Source of the DNA: Cyanophora paradoxa CCMP329
Lineage: Eukaryota > Plantae > Glaucophyta
DNA length: 64,000 bases
NCBI GenBank assembly: GCA_004431415.1
Contig: QPMI01000048.1
Coordinates: 206,679-270,678, forward strand
Reading direction: 5' to 3'
Below are positions 33,315 through 48,659 of the stretch, piece after piece; position 1 is the stretch's first letter; every line of letters starts with the position of its first letter. Both the position numbers and the translations under genes were made by a program. Below the pieces are notes generated by a model. It was not told the DNA's origin and searched no databases. It saw only the letters and a program-made list of their open reading frames with translations.

Positions 33315-35506
33315 TTAAAGCTTAGGGGCAGCCGGCGATCGAGGGCGCACCTCGAGCCCCCCCGAGCAGCTGCAGCCGGCGAAGGCGGAGAGGCCGTCCG
33401 CCCAGCCGCCCCGCGCCGCCTCCTCGCTCACGTCGACCACGAGCAGGAGCCTGCGCCGTGCCCGCGCGCCGCGAAAGTAGTTAGGAGCGATGCAGGAAAT
33501 ATAGCTAGGAACAATATATGAAGACAGGAAGGAGTAGTATATGTGCCCGCGCGCCGCGAAAGTAGTTAGGAGCGATGCAGGATAGCTAGGAGCAACATAT
33601 GTATGATTCCAGGCTTTAGATAGCGAAGGCTTTACGTTAGATTCCGGCGAGGACGGATACATACGCACTTGCGGAGCAATATAGCTAGAATATATAGGTA
33701 GGAGATCGGACGGAGCAATACGAGGACGGATGCAGAATATATAGCTAGGAACAATATAGATTCCAATCCAGGCTTTAGGAACGATGGACGAGATACGCAC
33801 TTGCGGAGCGGGGCGTCGGAGCTCGAGAGCGCGGCGGCGGCCTCCGCGGGGCGGCCGGGCCGCAGGTCGACGGGCAGCTCGAGCGAGAGCTGCCCGCGGG
33901 CCGCCCGCGCCAGCGCCGAGAGGCCAGCGAGCGCGTTCGCCTCCGGCGGCGCCGCCTCTGCCGCGTCCGCTTTACGTAATAAGCTTAAGGGTCGGGGGCG
34001 GACCGCGGCGCGGGGGGGGGGGGGGGGGGGGCGGACCGAAGATCAGGGTGAGGGCCGGGGGCGACGACGACGGCCTGGGGTAGGCCGCGAGGGCCCCCGC
34101 GAGGCCCTCGAGGGCCCCGGCGAGCGCCGCGCCGTCCCGCTCGAGCTCACGGCTGAGGCGCAGCGTACCCAGCCCCCGCAGCGCCGGGGGGAGCCGAAGG
34201 GCGTCCAAGTCCGCCCGGTCCACCTCGGGGCCGAGCTGCGGGGCGCGGGGGCGGGGGGTACCGTTAGGGCGCGTTGTAAGTTTGGAGGGTGGGGGTACGG
34301 GCGGACCGTCAAGGACCCGCTGAGGAGCTCGAGCGCGGCGAGGCGAGGGAGGGCGCGCAGGGCGGCGGCGGAGAGCCGTCCCTCGAAGCAGAGCCTGGCC
34401 ATGGGGCGGAGTCGGCCGAGATCTTTTGCGAGGCCCGGGGTACGGCACGGACTCTTTGAGGGAGAGGGCGGCGGGTCCGGCGGCGAGGCCCTCGAGGAGC
34501 GGGCCAGCATCCGGGCAGTGAGGCCGGCCGGCCGAGCCGCCGCCGCTCCTGGCCTTCAGGTACTCCAGGGAGGCCGCGCCCGAGAGGCCGCCGGCCGCCT
34601 CGAAGCCGCCCAAGGTGATCCCCAGCTGCGCGGCCCCGCGTGAACATCTGAAGGGGGAAGGCGGGGGTGGGGGTGGGGGGGGGGTTGAGGGGGCCGGGGT
34701 ACTGTGCTGGGGCGCACCCGCTTGAGGTGGGGGAGGGACCGGCCGACGGCGTCCGCGGCGGCCCGGTCGACGTACCAGCAGCGGGGGAGGGCGAAAACCT
34801 CCAGGTTCGACAGGGGGCGAAGGCGGGGCTCCAGGGGGAAGGGCACGCCCCCGGAGCCGTTCGCGAAGTGACAGAGCAGCTTAAAGCTGCGGAGCGCCGG
34901 GCAGGCGGCGGCGCCCGCGGCCGGAGGCACGAGGGCGAGGAGCAGCGCCTCCAGAGCGGCGGCGGCGTCGCCCACGAGGTAGACGCACTCGATGGCGACT
35001 TCGCCGAGGCCGCCGCTCGCCGCCGCGACGCACGCCGCGACGAGGGCGACCGCCGTCTGGAACCAGTCGGCCCAGTCTTCCGCGAGCGACGCCTTCGCGT
35101 ACGCTTCGGAGCCCATCTCCACGCGCAGCGACGCGCCAGGGGCGACGCGGACCCACCGCCGTCTGGCGCCGACGGCGGGATCTCCCTCGGGCTCCTCGAC
35201 GCCAACTGCGGGATATCGATCGACGAGGAGCTTCACGAGCCGCTCTGGGCGCATGAGGCCCTTGCCGACTACGTCGAGCCGCCGCCACTGGATCGCCTCG
35301 ACGGCCTCCCGCCAGCTCCTGCAGACCGCGCGCGCCGCGGCCGCGTGCTGCAGGCCCAAGAACTGCAGGACCTCCGAGAGTACGCCGTCCGGGAGCCGAT
35401 CGAATGCGAAGGGCGCTGCTTCTGGTGCATGTAAACCCGTATGCGAAGCCGCAGCGCTAGCTGCAGCTGTTTGTGCGCTGACGTTCTCGGGCGCGTCATC
35501 GCTCAT
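33315..35506 (-). CDS. F-box/LRR-like protein, copy 1
   Basis: F-box FDRLPDGVLSEVLQFLGLQHAAAARAVCRSWREAV, then LRR-like segments (CPALRSFKL, LSNLEVFAL, SLPHLKR|LGITL, LPRLAALELL). Ends ..SPAAPKL*. Confidence 0.8.
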
Positions 35507-35839
35507 CGCCTCTGAGCTCGTGCCCTCGGCTGGAGAACCGAACGCAGCTGAGCTGTGCGGGGATCGCGCGCCTGGGTCGAGGCTTCCGGCAATCCGTCCT
35601 GGGCCTTATGCAGCGCTGTACCCCATAGAGAGACCACCAGTCACCCGCCGCTCGCTCGCCGGCCGCCGCTCAGGCATTCCAAGGCATCCAAGCCCGCATT
35701 CCAACTTCGGAGGCCCCGCTTTCAATCAGCCCGCTTGCCCGAGTGCTCGGCGCACAGCGCAAACCACTTCCAGCCAGGCCCCAGCTCGTCTGTTCCAGCC
35801 CGCTCTTAGCGGGCTTCTTAGCTCTGTCTTTCGCACTGC

Positions 35840-36370
35840 ATGGCGGACGAAGACGAGCCGGAAAGCTCGTGCTTGATGCCGCCGTCGACCTCCGCACCCG
35901 CGCCGCTCGTCTCCGAGAAGCCGAACTCGGAGCTCGCGGCACAGCTCGGCGTCTACACGCCGCTGCCGTCGACCTCGGCACCGTGCGCCGGGCCGGCGAG
36001 GAGCCCGCCGGGCTGCCTTCGAGCCTCACCTCGCCCGCTCGCCCGCCGCCGAGCGCAGGAACCTCGCGCTTGGCAAGCCCGTCATAGCATCCACATCTGC
36101 AGCGGGCGGAGGGCCCTGGCTCGCCGTAGGCGCGCCCGCCCGCGAAAGCTCGGCGCTTCTAGTCTGACGCGCCGCCGGCGCTCTCCGCAGACGGGCGCGG
36201 CAAAGATGGGGGCTACGCGGACGAAAAGGGCTTTCCAACGGGGTACCACAGCAACGGCGTTGAGAACGTTCCCTGGTGGCAGGTGCGAGGGGTCCCGCCC
36301 CCTCCCGCGCCCAGCGCCAGCCCGTCTCCGCCGCACTCGCTGACGCCCGCCGCCCCGCGGCTCGCCTGCT
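35840..36370 (+). pseudogene. 5' fragment of F-type lectin gene A, truncated at the duplication junction
   Basis: Matches 40051-40580 but stops inside the intron before the VDLG microexon. Confidence 0.75.
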
Positions 36371-37508
36371 GTGACGCACGAAGCCAGCGTCGACGTCACG
36401 AAGCCGGCAATTGCAGGAAATTACGAGCTAGCTCTAGCACTAGCTATAGCTATAGCACTCGTACCCATGCGGCTCTGGCCACCGGCGCGGGCCGGGCGGG
36501 CGCGCGGGGCCCGGGGCGGGGCCGGGGAACGTCCATTAATATTTGAATTCGGCATGCGCAGCTGGCGGTCGCGCCCTCATGATCATGATCATGATCATCG
36601 ACGCCGCCGTCGCCAACGTCTCCGTCCGCCGACGCCCCCGGGCGCGGCCTTCGGCCTCGTTCCTCCTAGGCCGCGCCTGCAGCCCCGGGCCCGCCCCGCC
36701 GGGCGCCCGGGCCCCCCTCCCTTCTCAACGCTTGCCGTAGCGCAGCCGTACGTATACGAGAGCCTGCCGGCGCCCCTCCCGTAGGCCTAGCTAGGCGCCG
36801 GCGTCTGCGCATGCGCATATATACAGTGCACGTGCCGCAGTGCACGTACGCGTGCCCTGGGTGCACACAGAAGCTGTCCCGGGTGTCGGTGCAATCGGTA
36901 AGCTTTAAGGCACGAGCAACGGACGTAGCTCCTTGAAGCAACGCAGCATTAATATTATACACAGCTAGTACTATAGCTACGGGGTTGGATTTGTAATTGT
37001 ACAAGGTCTTCGACTCTCCCCCGCCCCCTGCTCGTCTCAGGATGTGCAAGGTGGGGTCTAAATAAACAAACAAAGACCGCCTGGAAAGGTGGGGTCTAAA
37101 TAAACAAACCTAGTGAGCGCTAGCTACGTAGCTAGCGCTCACTAGGCGTATTCATAGTTAGCGGCCGGCCGATCTCAATAGCTTGCAGCAGCGAAATTGA
37201 AAAGGAACAAAAAGCCCTGCGCACCGCTGCCCGCCCGCGTCCCGAGTCCGCTTTCTAGAACTACGGGCTCGTGAGGATGCGAGCCGCCGGGAGGGCGCGC
37301 GCGACGGCCGCCCACACGCCGAGGCGGAACGCGTGGCCGGCGGCCTCCTCCTCCACGATGTACATGTTCGTGGAATCGTACGGGCGCAAGGCGCGAAGCC
37401 GGATCTGCCATCGATGTCAATTCTAGATTTTAAGCCTGCTGCTTATAAACTAAATATAAATTCTAGATCAATTCTTAAGCCTAGGCCTGCTGCACGTGCA
37501 TCCGCTGC

Positions 37509-38203
37509 TTAAAGCTTAGGGGCAGCCGGCGATCGAGGGCGCACCTCGAGCCCCCCCGAGCAGCTGCAGCCGGCGAAGGCGGAGAGGCCGTCCGCCCAGC
37601 CGCCCCGCGCCGCCTCCTCGCTCACGTCGACCACGAGCAGGAGCCTGCGCCGTGCCCGCGCGCCGCGAAAGTAGTTAGGAGCGATGCAGGAAATATAGCT
37701 AGGAACAATATATGAAGACAGGAAGGAGTAGTATATGTGCCCGCGCGCCGCGAAAGTAGTTAGGAGCGATGCAGGATAGCTAGGAGCAACATATGTATGA
37801 TTCCAGGCTTTAGATAGCGAAGGCTTTACGTTAGATTCCGGCGAGGACGGATACATACGCACTTGCGGAGCAATATAGCTAGAATATATAGTAGGAGATC
37901 GGACGGAGCAATACGAGGACGGATGCAGAATATATAGCTAGGAACAATATAGATTCCAATCCAGGCTTTAGGAACGATGAACGAGATACGCACTTGCGGA
38001 GCGGGGCGTCGGAGCTCGAGAGCGCGGCGGCGGCCTCCGCGGGGCGGCCGGGCCGCAGGTCGACGGGCAGCTCGAGCGAGAGCTGCCCGCGGGCCGCCCG
38101 CGCCAGCGCCGAGAGGCCAGCGAGCGCGTTCGCCTCCGGCGGCGCCGCCTCTGCCGCGTCCGCTTTACGTAATAAGCTTAAGGGTCGGGGGCGGACCGCG
38201 GCG

Positions 38204-38242
<39 letters not shown>

Positions 38243-39717
38243 CGGACCGAAGATCAGGGTGAGGGCCGGGGGCGACGACGACGGCCTGGGGTAGGCCGCG
38301 AGGGCCCCCGCGAGGCCCTCGAGGGCCCCGGCGAGCGCCGCGCCGTCCCGCTCGAGCTCACGGCTGAGGCGCAGCGTACCCAGCCCCCGCAGCGCCGGGG
38401 GGAGCCGAAGGGCGTCCAAGTCCGCCCGGTCCACCTCGGGGCCGAGCTGCGGGGCGCGGGGGCGGGGGGTACCGTTAGGGCGCGTTGTAAGTTTGGAGGG
38501 TGGGGGTACGGGCGGACCGTCAAGGACCCGCTGAGGAGCTCGAGCGCGGCGAGGCGAGGGAGGGCGCGCAGGGCGGCGGCGGAGAGCCGTCCCTCGAAGC
38601 AGAGCCTGGCCATGGGGCGGAGTCGGCCGAGATCTTTTGCGAGGCCCGGGGTACGGCACGGACTCTTTGAGGGAGAGGGCGGCGGGTCCGGCGGCGAGGC
38701 CCTCGAGGAGCGGGCCAGCATCCGGGCAGTGAGGCCGGCCGGCCGAGCCGCCGCCGCTCCTGGCCTTCAGGTACTCCAGGGAGGCCGCGCCCGAGAGGCC
38801 GCCGGCCGCCTCGAAGCCGCCCAAGGTGATCCCCAGCTGCGCGGCCCCGCGTGAACATCTGAAGGGGGAAGGCGGGGGTGGGGGTGGGGGGGGGGGGGTT
38901 GAGGGGCCGGGGTACTGTGCTGGGGCGCACCCGCTTGAGGTGGGGGAGGGACCGGCCGACGGCGTCCGCGGCGGCCCGGTCGACGTACCAGCAGCGGGGG
39001 AGGGCGAAAACCTCCAGGTTCGACAGGGGGCGAAGGCGGGGCTCCAGGGGAAGGGCACGCCCCCGGAGCCGTTCGCGAAGTGACAGAGCAGCTTAAAGCT
39101 GCGGAGCGCCGGGCAGGCGGCGGCGCCCGCGGCCGGAGGCACGAGGGCGAGGAGCAGCGCCTCCAGAGCGGCGGCGGCGTCGCCCACGAGGTAGACGCAC
39201 TCGATGGCGACTTCGCCGAGGCCGCCGCTCGCCGCCGCGACGCACGCCGCGACGAGGGCGACCGCCGTCTGGAACCAGTCGGCCCAGTCTTCCGCGAGCG
39301 ACGCCTTCGCGTACGCTTCGGAGCCCATCTCCACGCGCAGCGACGCGCCAGGGGCGACGCGGACCCACCGCGTCTGGCGCCGACGGCGGGATCTCCCTCG
39401 GGCTCCTCGACGCCAACTGCGGGATATCGATCGACGAGGAGCTTCACGAGCCGCTCTGGGCGCATGAGGCCCTTGCCGACTACGTCGAGCCGCCGCCACT
39501 GGATCGCCTCGACGGCCTCCCGCCAGCTCCTGCAGACCGCGCGCGCCGCGGCCGCGTGCTGCAGGCCCAAGAACTGCAGGACCTCCGAGAGTACGCCGTC
39601 CGGGAGCCGATCGAATGCGAAGGGCGCTGCTTCTGGTGCATGTAAACCCGTATGCGAAGCCGCAGCGCTAGCTGCAGCTGTTTGTGCGCTGACGTTCTCG
39701 GGCGCGTCATCGCTCAT
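37509..39717 (-). CDS. F-box/LRR-like protein, copy 2 (apparent frameshifts)
   Basis: Same as copy 1 but with 1-bp losses (near 39371 and 39050). These are either sequencing errors or pseudogenisation. Confidence 0.65.
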
Positions 39718-40050
39718 CGCCTCTGAGCTCGTGCCCTCGGCTGGAGAACCGAACGCAGCTGAGCTGTGCGGGGATCGCGCGCCTGGGTCGAGGCTTCCGG
39801 CAATCCGTCCTGGGCCTTATGCAGCGCTGTACCCCATAGAGAGACCACCAGTCACCCGCCGCTCGCTCGCCGGCCGCCGCTCAGGCATTCCAAGGCATCC
39901 AAGCCCGCATTCCAACTTCGGAGGCCCCGCTTTCAATCAGCCCGCTTGCCCGAGTGCTCGGCGCACAGCGCAAACCACTTCCAGCCAGGCCCCAGCTCGT
40001 CTGTTCCAGCCCGCTCTTAGCGGGCTTCTTAGCTCTGTCTTTCGCACTGC

Positions 40051-41429
40051 ATGGCGGACGAAGACGAGCCGGAAAGCTCGTGCTTGATGCCGCCGTCGAC
40101 CTCCGCACCCGCGCCGCTCGTCTCCGAGAAGCCGAACTCGGAGCTCGCGGCACAGCTCGGCGTCTACACGCCGCTGCCGTCGACCTCGGCACCGTGCGCC
40201 GGGCCGGCGAGGAGCCCGCCGGGCTGCCTTCGAGCCTCACCTCGCCCGCTCGCCCGCCGCCGAGCGCAGGAACCTCGCGCTTGGCAAGCCCGTCATAGCA
40301 TCCACATCTGCAGCGGGCGGAGGGCCCTGGCTCGCCGTAGGCGCGCCCGCCCGCGAAAGCTCGGCGCTTCTAGTCTGACGCGCCGCCGGCGCTCTCCGCA
40401 GACGGGCGCGGCAAAGATGGGGGCTACGCGGACGAAAAGGGCTTTCCAACGGGGTACCACAGCAACGGCGTTGAGAACGTTCCCTGGTGGCAGGTGCGAG
40501 GGGTCCCGCCCCCTCCCGCGCCCAGCGCCAGCCCGTCTCCGCCGCACTCGCTGACGCCCGCCGCCCCGCGGCTCGCCTGCAGGTCGACCTGGGGGTGCGC
40601 CCTGCGTCTTCGTCCCACCGCTGGTACCCTCCCTCCAAACTTCGTCGCAGGCACACTACCGAATAGGGAAAGTCGTTATCTACAACCGATCCGACGGGGC
40701 GGCGCCTAGGCTAAAGGACTTCACAGTAACAATATTCAGGAACGCTCAGGAGGTGCGCCGCGCCCCCCACTGTCCGCGGCCAACACGTCGTTTGGGACTG
40801 AACACGGCACTGAACGAGCGTACCCCCCGCAGATTTGGTCGCAGCACTTTCCCGTGCCTCCAGAGGGGTACAACAACCACATTGTAGACATCCTGGTACC
40901 CGAAGGCGTCCAGGGTACCCTGTCTTCCTTTCTCGTTCCCTCGCCCCTGGCTTAGCCCTACCCCCGCAGGCAACCTGGTTAGAATATGGATGCCAAAGGG
41001 GGGTATACTGAACCTGCCCGAAGTCGAGGTTTTCGGTGCGCCGGGACGGGGGTACGGCTGCGTGTCCTCGTACCGCTGAACGCCGCACCCTTCCCGGGTA
41101 CCCTTATCGCAGAGAACCGGTACCGCCACATAGACGGGGGCGCGCAGCTCGTCGACGAGACCTGGGTACGGCTTTTCCGAAGCTACCTGACCGTATCCCT
41201 GAGCCGCGAGCAGGCGCCCGGCCTGGAGCTGTACCCCTACCACGCAGCCGAGCCCCCGGGTACAGGCGAGGCGCTCGAAGGGCCAGGGGGTGGCCTGGCA
41301 GCGGACGAAGACCCCCACGGGGCCGCGGACCCGGGGTACGGCGTCGCGCACCCGGGGGGGTACGCCGAGCTGTTCGGGGACGGCGGCTGGCAGGGCGGAG
41401 CCGACGAGCAGGCGTGGGGCTCCGTCTAG
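40051..41429 (+). CDS. F-type lectin (fucolectin/FTP, F5/8-C-like fold) domain protein A
   Basis: Spliced: NLALGKPVIAS..LAVDG..GYHSNGVENVPWWQ|VDLG|AHYRIGKVVIYNRSDGAAPRLKDFTV..G|NLVRIW..LNLPEVEVF. Carries an H-x27-R-x-D-x4-R motif and a 12-nt microexon at 40583-40594. Confidence 0.8.
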
Positions 41430-41499
41430 CGGCCATAGCAGCGCGCGGCCTGCAGCTGAGACCTCGGTCCGCGGCTCCGACCTTGGCGCGCGGCGTCCC

Positions 41500-43720
41500 T
41501 GCAGCTGCCCGCCTGTTTCTTTCAAGCGTTGGCCCCGTCCCTCCCCACCCCGCCGCTCTACCCCCAGCCCCGGCCGCCTCTCCGCATCCCCCAGGGCCCG
41601 AGCCAGTCCCGCAAGTGCGCCCGGCGCCCAAAAGCCCCCCGCCCCCCGCCCCCCGCCCGCCTTCCGAACCGGAGGGCGGCAGGCTCCAGAACGGGCGGGC
41701 GACGCTGCCGGACATCCGGGCGGGGGAGCTCCCGCCGGCCGACGGGGGCAGCGGGGCGGGGGCGGGGGAGGGGCAGGGGGCGCGCGCCTGCCACGTCGCG
41801 TGCGCCGGCCTTCTGGGGCCCGCTCCCTCTCCTTTGCTTTGCTTTGCTCTGCGTTCGTCTCACGCGAGTGTGTGCGCAGACGCGCCGCAGCGGCTGCGGG
41901 GGGCGCACGAGGGGGCGCTCCCCGTGCAGAACCGGCAGCCGGCCTCCCTCCCACTCCTCCTCGTCGCCGCCTCGGGCGACCCCGTACCCTCCCGCGCCTT
42001 CGCCCAGGCCCGCCCGCGTACATATACCCCACCCGCCCCGCCCCGCCCTTCTCACGCCCCACGGCTCCGGACCCCCCTCGCCCCTCGAAGTGCACAGCGG
42101 GGCGCCGCTGCCGCCCCTCTCCGTGCGGGCCGCGGGCGCTCGACGAGGATGGCTCCCGATCGGTGGCCGCCTCGGCCGCCGGCGCCGTGCACGTCGGCCC
42201 CCGCCTCCCCATCCGCATCCCCCTCAAGGCCGGCGTCGCCCCCCTCGCCCTCCTCCGCGCCTCCCTGGTCCGCCCCCCCGCCCCCTCCAGTCGCCCCCGC
42301 TTCGCCTGACCGCGCCGGCCCCGCCCCGCCCGCCCGCTCGGCCAGCAGCGGGACCGGAGCCGCCTGCGCGCGAGGCCGGCGTCCACTCCATCCGCTTCGC
42401 CCTCGTCCCCGCCGCCCCCTCCGCCGTCCGCCGCCGCCCCGCCGCCTCCGCCCCCGGCCCGTGCGCCCCGGCCTCTGCCGCGCCTCGCCTACCCTCGCCT
42501 GAGCAGGGCGCCCAGGAGGTGGAGGCGGCGGCGGTATCGGTGCGGGTGGTGCCGGCGGCGGAGCGGGCGGAGCGCGTCGTCCTGCGCCTCCCGCCGGGCG
42601 CCCTCGCCTGCGAGGCCGGCGCCACGCTCCCCGACATCCCTGTGAGCCGCCCCGGCCCCTGCCCTCCACGCCCCGCCCCTTCCTCCACGCCCCCCCGTAC
42701 TCTTCGCCCCCCACGGTCCCCGCAGGCGGAGGTGCTCTCGGAGACGGGGGCCCCTCTGCGGCTCCCCGACGAGGCGCCCCGCCCCTGCCCCATCCGCGTC
42801 TCCGCCCCGCCCCTGAGGGCCGCGCAGGTGCCCGGGGAGGCGCCAGGGTACGTGTTCCGGGAGGTGCCGGCCCTGCGGGAGGCGATTCGGCCTCGCCGCG
42901 AGCGGCGCGCCAGACGCCTCCGTCGCCCCCGCCGCCTGCGACCTCACCGTCCGCCCGGTCCGCGCGCCCCTCCCCCGCCCTCCTGCTCGGCCCGAGAGCC
43001 GAGGCCGCCTGCAGGGGCGCCGCACGCGCTGCGGGTGGCGGCGGAGGGCGGGGCGACGGGGCTGCAGCTGGGGACGGGCGCCGCGCTCCCAAGCCTCGCC
43101 CTCGAGCTCCTCGACCGCTTCGAGAACCCCGCGCCGGCGCCACCCGCCCCGCCCTCCGCCTCGCCTGCTTTGTCTCCGCCTCGGGCGGCCGTGCCGCGGA
43201 CCGGAGGCCCGGCGTCCCAGGTGGCGGCGGCGGCGGGGCCGGTGGCGTGGCCGGCGGGGCACGCGAGCGTCGTGCTGTCCGGCCTCACCATCGGCGACGG
43301 GTGCTTCCCTGCTCCTGTCCCCGCCCCCGCCCGGCCCCCTCACACTGGGACCCTGCAGGCCCAGCGGGACGTACGTGCTGAGCGTCTCCGTGGAGAGCCT
43401 CCCCAGCGTCGCCCGGCCGCCATCCACCTCGACTTCACCAACGGTGCCCCGCATCCCCACCCGTGCCCTCGCCGCTCTCGCCGGGCGACGCGGGGCGGAA
43501 ACCGAGTCGGAGCGGCCGCCCCAGGCTCAGCGGGCGGAGCGGAGGCGGCGCGAGGCCGCCGCGCGCTACGCCGACCAGCGCCTCCGCGCCCAACCGGTGC
43601 ATCTTCCTCCTCCGTCCGGCGCGGCGGCTCGGCTCGGGGCAGGGAGCTCGCCGAGAAGAGGAAGGAGGCGGGGGAGGCGGCGGCGGTGACGAAGGCGCGC
43701 CGGCTCGATCCTCCCCCCCC
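41500..43720 (+). pseudogene. Fragment of a multi-Ig-like-domain/coiled-coil gene, possibly SMCHD1/GMI1-like (partial second copy 54501-56090)
   Basis: Spliceable exons with NGRATLPDI, VRVVP..LPDIP|AEVLSETG and LPSLALELLDRFENP, then a coiled coil. No start codon after the lectin stop, and it ends at a poly-C run. The family assignment is inference from recalled motifs. Confidence 0.35.
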
Positions 43721-43905
43721 CCCCCCCCCCCCCCCCCCCACCCCCACGCCCCCTTCCCTCCCACCATTCCCTCTTGTAGCCCCGGCACTCCTTATCGCAC
43801 TGCGGTAGCCAGCCTCTTTAATGGCCCAAGGCCTCCGCCAGGATGACTGAATCCGGAATTGCGATTGCTCAAAACGAGGTGATTGATGTGAACGTTACTC
43901 TAGAT

Positions 43906-46315
<2,410 letters not shown>

Positions 46316-46539
46316 GATTGACAGCGAGTCTGTGAAAAGATCAGCGACTGCAGCTGGCGTCCGTCCGGAGTCCGAAGTTGGCAGTTAGCACAACTTAGCA
46401 GCACGTCGAGGTGCACGCACGTGTGCGCACTTATGGTCACCTCGACCAACTTTGGCAAGCACTGCGGCAGCGCACCTTGATTTGCGACACCGACACCGAT
46501 ATCGATTTGCGACACCGACACCGACAGTGGAAGCTTACT

Positions 46540-47900
46540 AGTTACCGTACGGCCGGGCTCGGGTTACCGACTTATCGTTCGGTACGCTACGAGTTATGGG
46601 CCTTAGGCGCAGTTTCCGCCATACATGTACAAGCGTTTTCCGAGTCAAGTCTTTTTTTTGTGAATTACCGGCCACAGTCTCTAGACCATCACGCCTTCGA
46701 ATCCCGCCCGTTCCACATAATTCCGATCGATCATGCCCCATGGCGGCCCCACGGATCGAAAAAAAAGTGTTTGTGAAATTTTATTATTCCAGAAGCACCC
46801 TGAAAACTTTCAGTAAACTTTCGAAAACTTTCTCGTCTCGTCTCGTCTTCTGGCGTGTTTGACCCTCCAATTTGGCGTGATCATGAAACACCCGGTTACA
46901 CCCCCCCAAAAAGCAGCTTCAACGGTACCCCCCTTGCAAATATTGAAAGTTTTCAGTGCTCTTTTTGGCAGTGAAAGTTTTCTGAAAATTAATATGTAAA
47001 TTTTCAATTTGCAATTTGCGAAAGTGAAACTTTAAATTCACTGCTCTAGACACCAGCCTGGCACAGGCTGGCAGCACTCCGGCCGCGGGGGCTGCCAAGA
47101 GTCAAGTGGATTGACTAAAACTCGGCCGAGTTTTTGCACTGGGAACACCTTCCAAGTCAAATTAGTACAGCGCTGGGACCGTCGCGATCGAGGTCCCCGT
47201 ACTACGGTACTACTAGGCTAAAAAGCTGCTGTTGGCACGCTACGAGTTAAGGGCCTTAGGCGCAGTTTCCGCCATACAAACTTTTTCCGAGTCAAGTCGA
47301 TTGACTAAAACTCGGCCGAGTTTTAGACTGGGAACACCTTTTGACTCAAATTAGTACTGCGCTGGGACCGTCGAGGTCCCCGTACTAATTCGACTTGAAA
47401 ATGCCAGTGTTTTCCGATTGGGCACGTGCCGGTATATTTCACATGCTATATAAAAGCTGCTGTTGGCAGTTACTGCTAACTTACTAGCCGGCGGTTACTA
47501 GGACTGTACCAGGAGGCTACTAGAACCTACCGGTAGCTAATTTACATAAGGGCAAGATCTGCCAGCCGCTTCAGGCCCCTGGAGTTTGGCCCCAGTTCGC
47601 CAGGAAACTCCGCCTAAGGCCCATAACTCGTAGCGGCAGTTACTAGGCGGCAGTTACTGGGACTGTTCCGTACCAGGAGTCTACTAGAACCCACCGGTAC
47701 CCGGTACGGTAGCTAATTTACACATGGCAAGATCTGCCAGCCGCTTCGGCCGCTGTCACAGTGTCGGCGGTAACTGCGGGGCCGCCAGTGGCCCGCCAGT
47801 GGGGCCGGGCGCCACTGCCCGCCAGGCTCCAGGGAGTCCAGCTGCAGGGACTCCAGGCTCCAGCCCCGCCGGCGCCGACGGGTAGGGTTGCCACTTACGA
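46540..47900. mobile_element. Repeat-rich element containing two nested insertions (duplicate ~58585-59925)
   Basis: Internal direct and inverted repeats (GCTACGAGTTATGGGCCTTAGGCG; GAGTCAAGT.GATTGACTAAAACTCGGCCG). Insert 46651-47098 lies between GAGTCAAGT repeats. Inner insert 46687-47043 lies between CTCTAGAC repeats, a hAT-like 8-bp target. Confidence 0.7.
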
Positions 47901-48489
47901 CTTACGGGACTTACTGGAGAGCTAGAAATATTTAGTGGGTTGCATATTTATAGTACTAAAAGTTTTTGGGCGATCTACTAAATATTTCCCGCCTGCTAAA
48001 GCCGAGAATTTGTAGGGGTAGCCCCGTCTCCGCCATACAAAAGCCCTGCGAAGACTGACCTACTAAAGATTTACCAGCCGCTAAAGTGGCAGTTTTGGCG
48101 AAGTACTAATTATTAAACGCCGTGACGGGGGCCCGCAACCGCGCGCGGTCACGGGGGAGGGGGGAGGAGAAACAGGGGGGTCCACTCGGCAAGGGTACAC
48201 TCAAGTAAGAGGGTACAGAATGGGGGGAGCGTACACTCAAGTAACACTACAACTAGGGGGAGCGATTGGCGAGAGACCGAAGCACTAAACACGAGCTAGT
48301 ACGTCTCTAAATGCATATTGGATGCTCAGTCTCTCGCGGACGCGGTACAAGATTTTCCTAGATGTATGGTCATACAAACGGGAAGACGCGTACGAAGCCG
48401 AGGAAGATTATTCGAATTCTTTGTCCTGAAAACGTCCGGTCCGTCGACGTCGTTCTGCAGCTGGCAAACTGAGCAAGAATCGAAGTATA

Positions 48490-48640
48490 CTAGGGGCCCG
48501 GCCGCGTTTGGCGCTCCGGGGGTGCAAGGGGGGAATCGGGATCTAATGAAAGAGTAGTAGTGGCACGAACATGTACGGGGCAGATGTAGATTGATCCCGG
48601 CCAGCGCGCGCGGCAGGTTGAAGTAGTAAAGATAGACACA
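48490..48640 (-). mobile_element. Helitron-like 3' terminus, second family member (duplicate from 60516)
   Basis: GC hairpin followed by CTAG|T on the minus strand. Homologous to 15686-15850. Confidence 0.55.
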
Positions 48641-48659
48641 TATTATATATGACCGGCAG

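Larger units (their letters stand above)
32176..40580. repeat. Tandem duplication, ~4.2 kb unit (32176-36370 and 36371-40580)
   Basis: The copies are colinear and near-identical. The junction at 36370/36371 has 2-3 bp of microhomology (GC/GCT). Differences are mostly 1-bp indels and poly-G length. Confidence 0.95.

Noticed and set aside
37509-39717. Programmed frameshifting or functional divergence between the F-box copies
   Set aside because: The indels fall in short homopolymer or GC runs like those throughout both duplications. Sequencing error is the simpler explanation.
4881-43720. Functional SMC gene cluster (SCC3 plus SMCHD1-like)
   Set aside because: They are more than 25 kb apart, and the second is an uncertain fragment in transposon-rich DNA.
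40746-43808. ORFs of 300-759 aa rich in R/P/G/A
   Set aside because: Stop-poor GC-rich frames that run through introns. The real coding sequence is the spliced exons.
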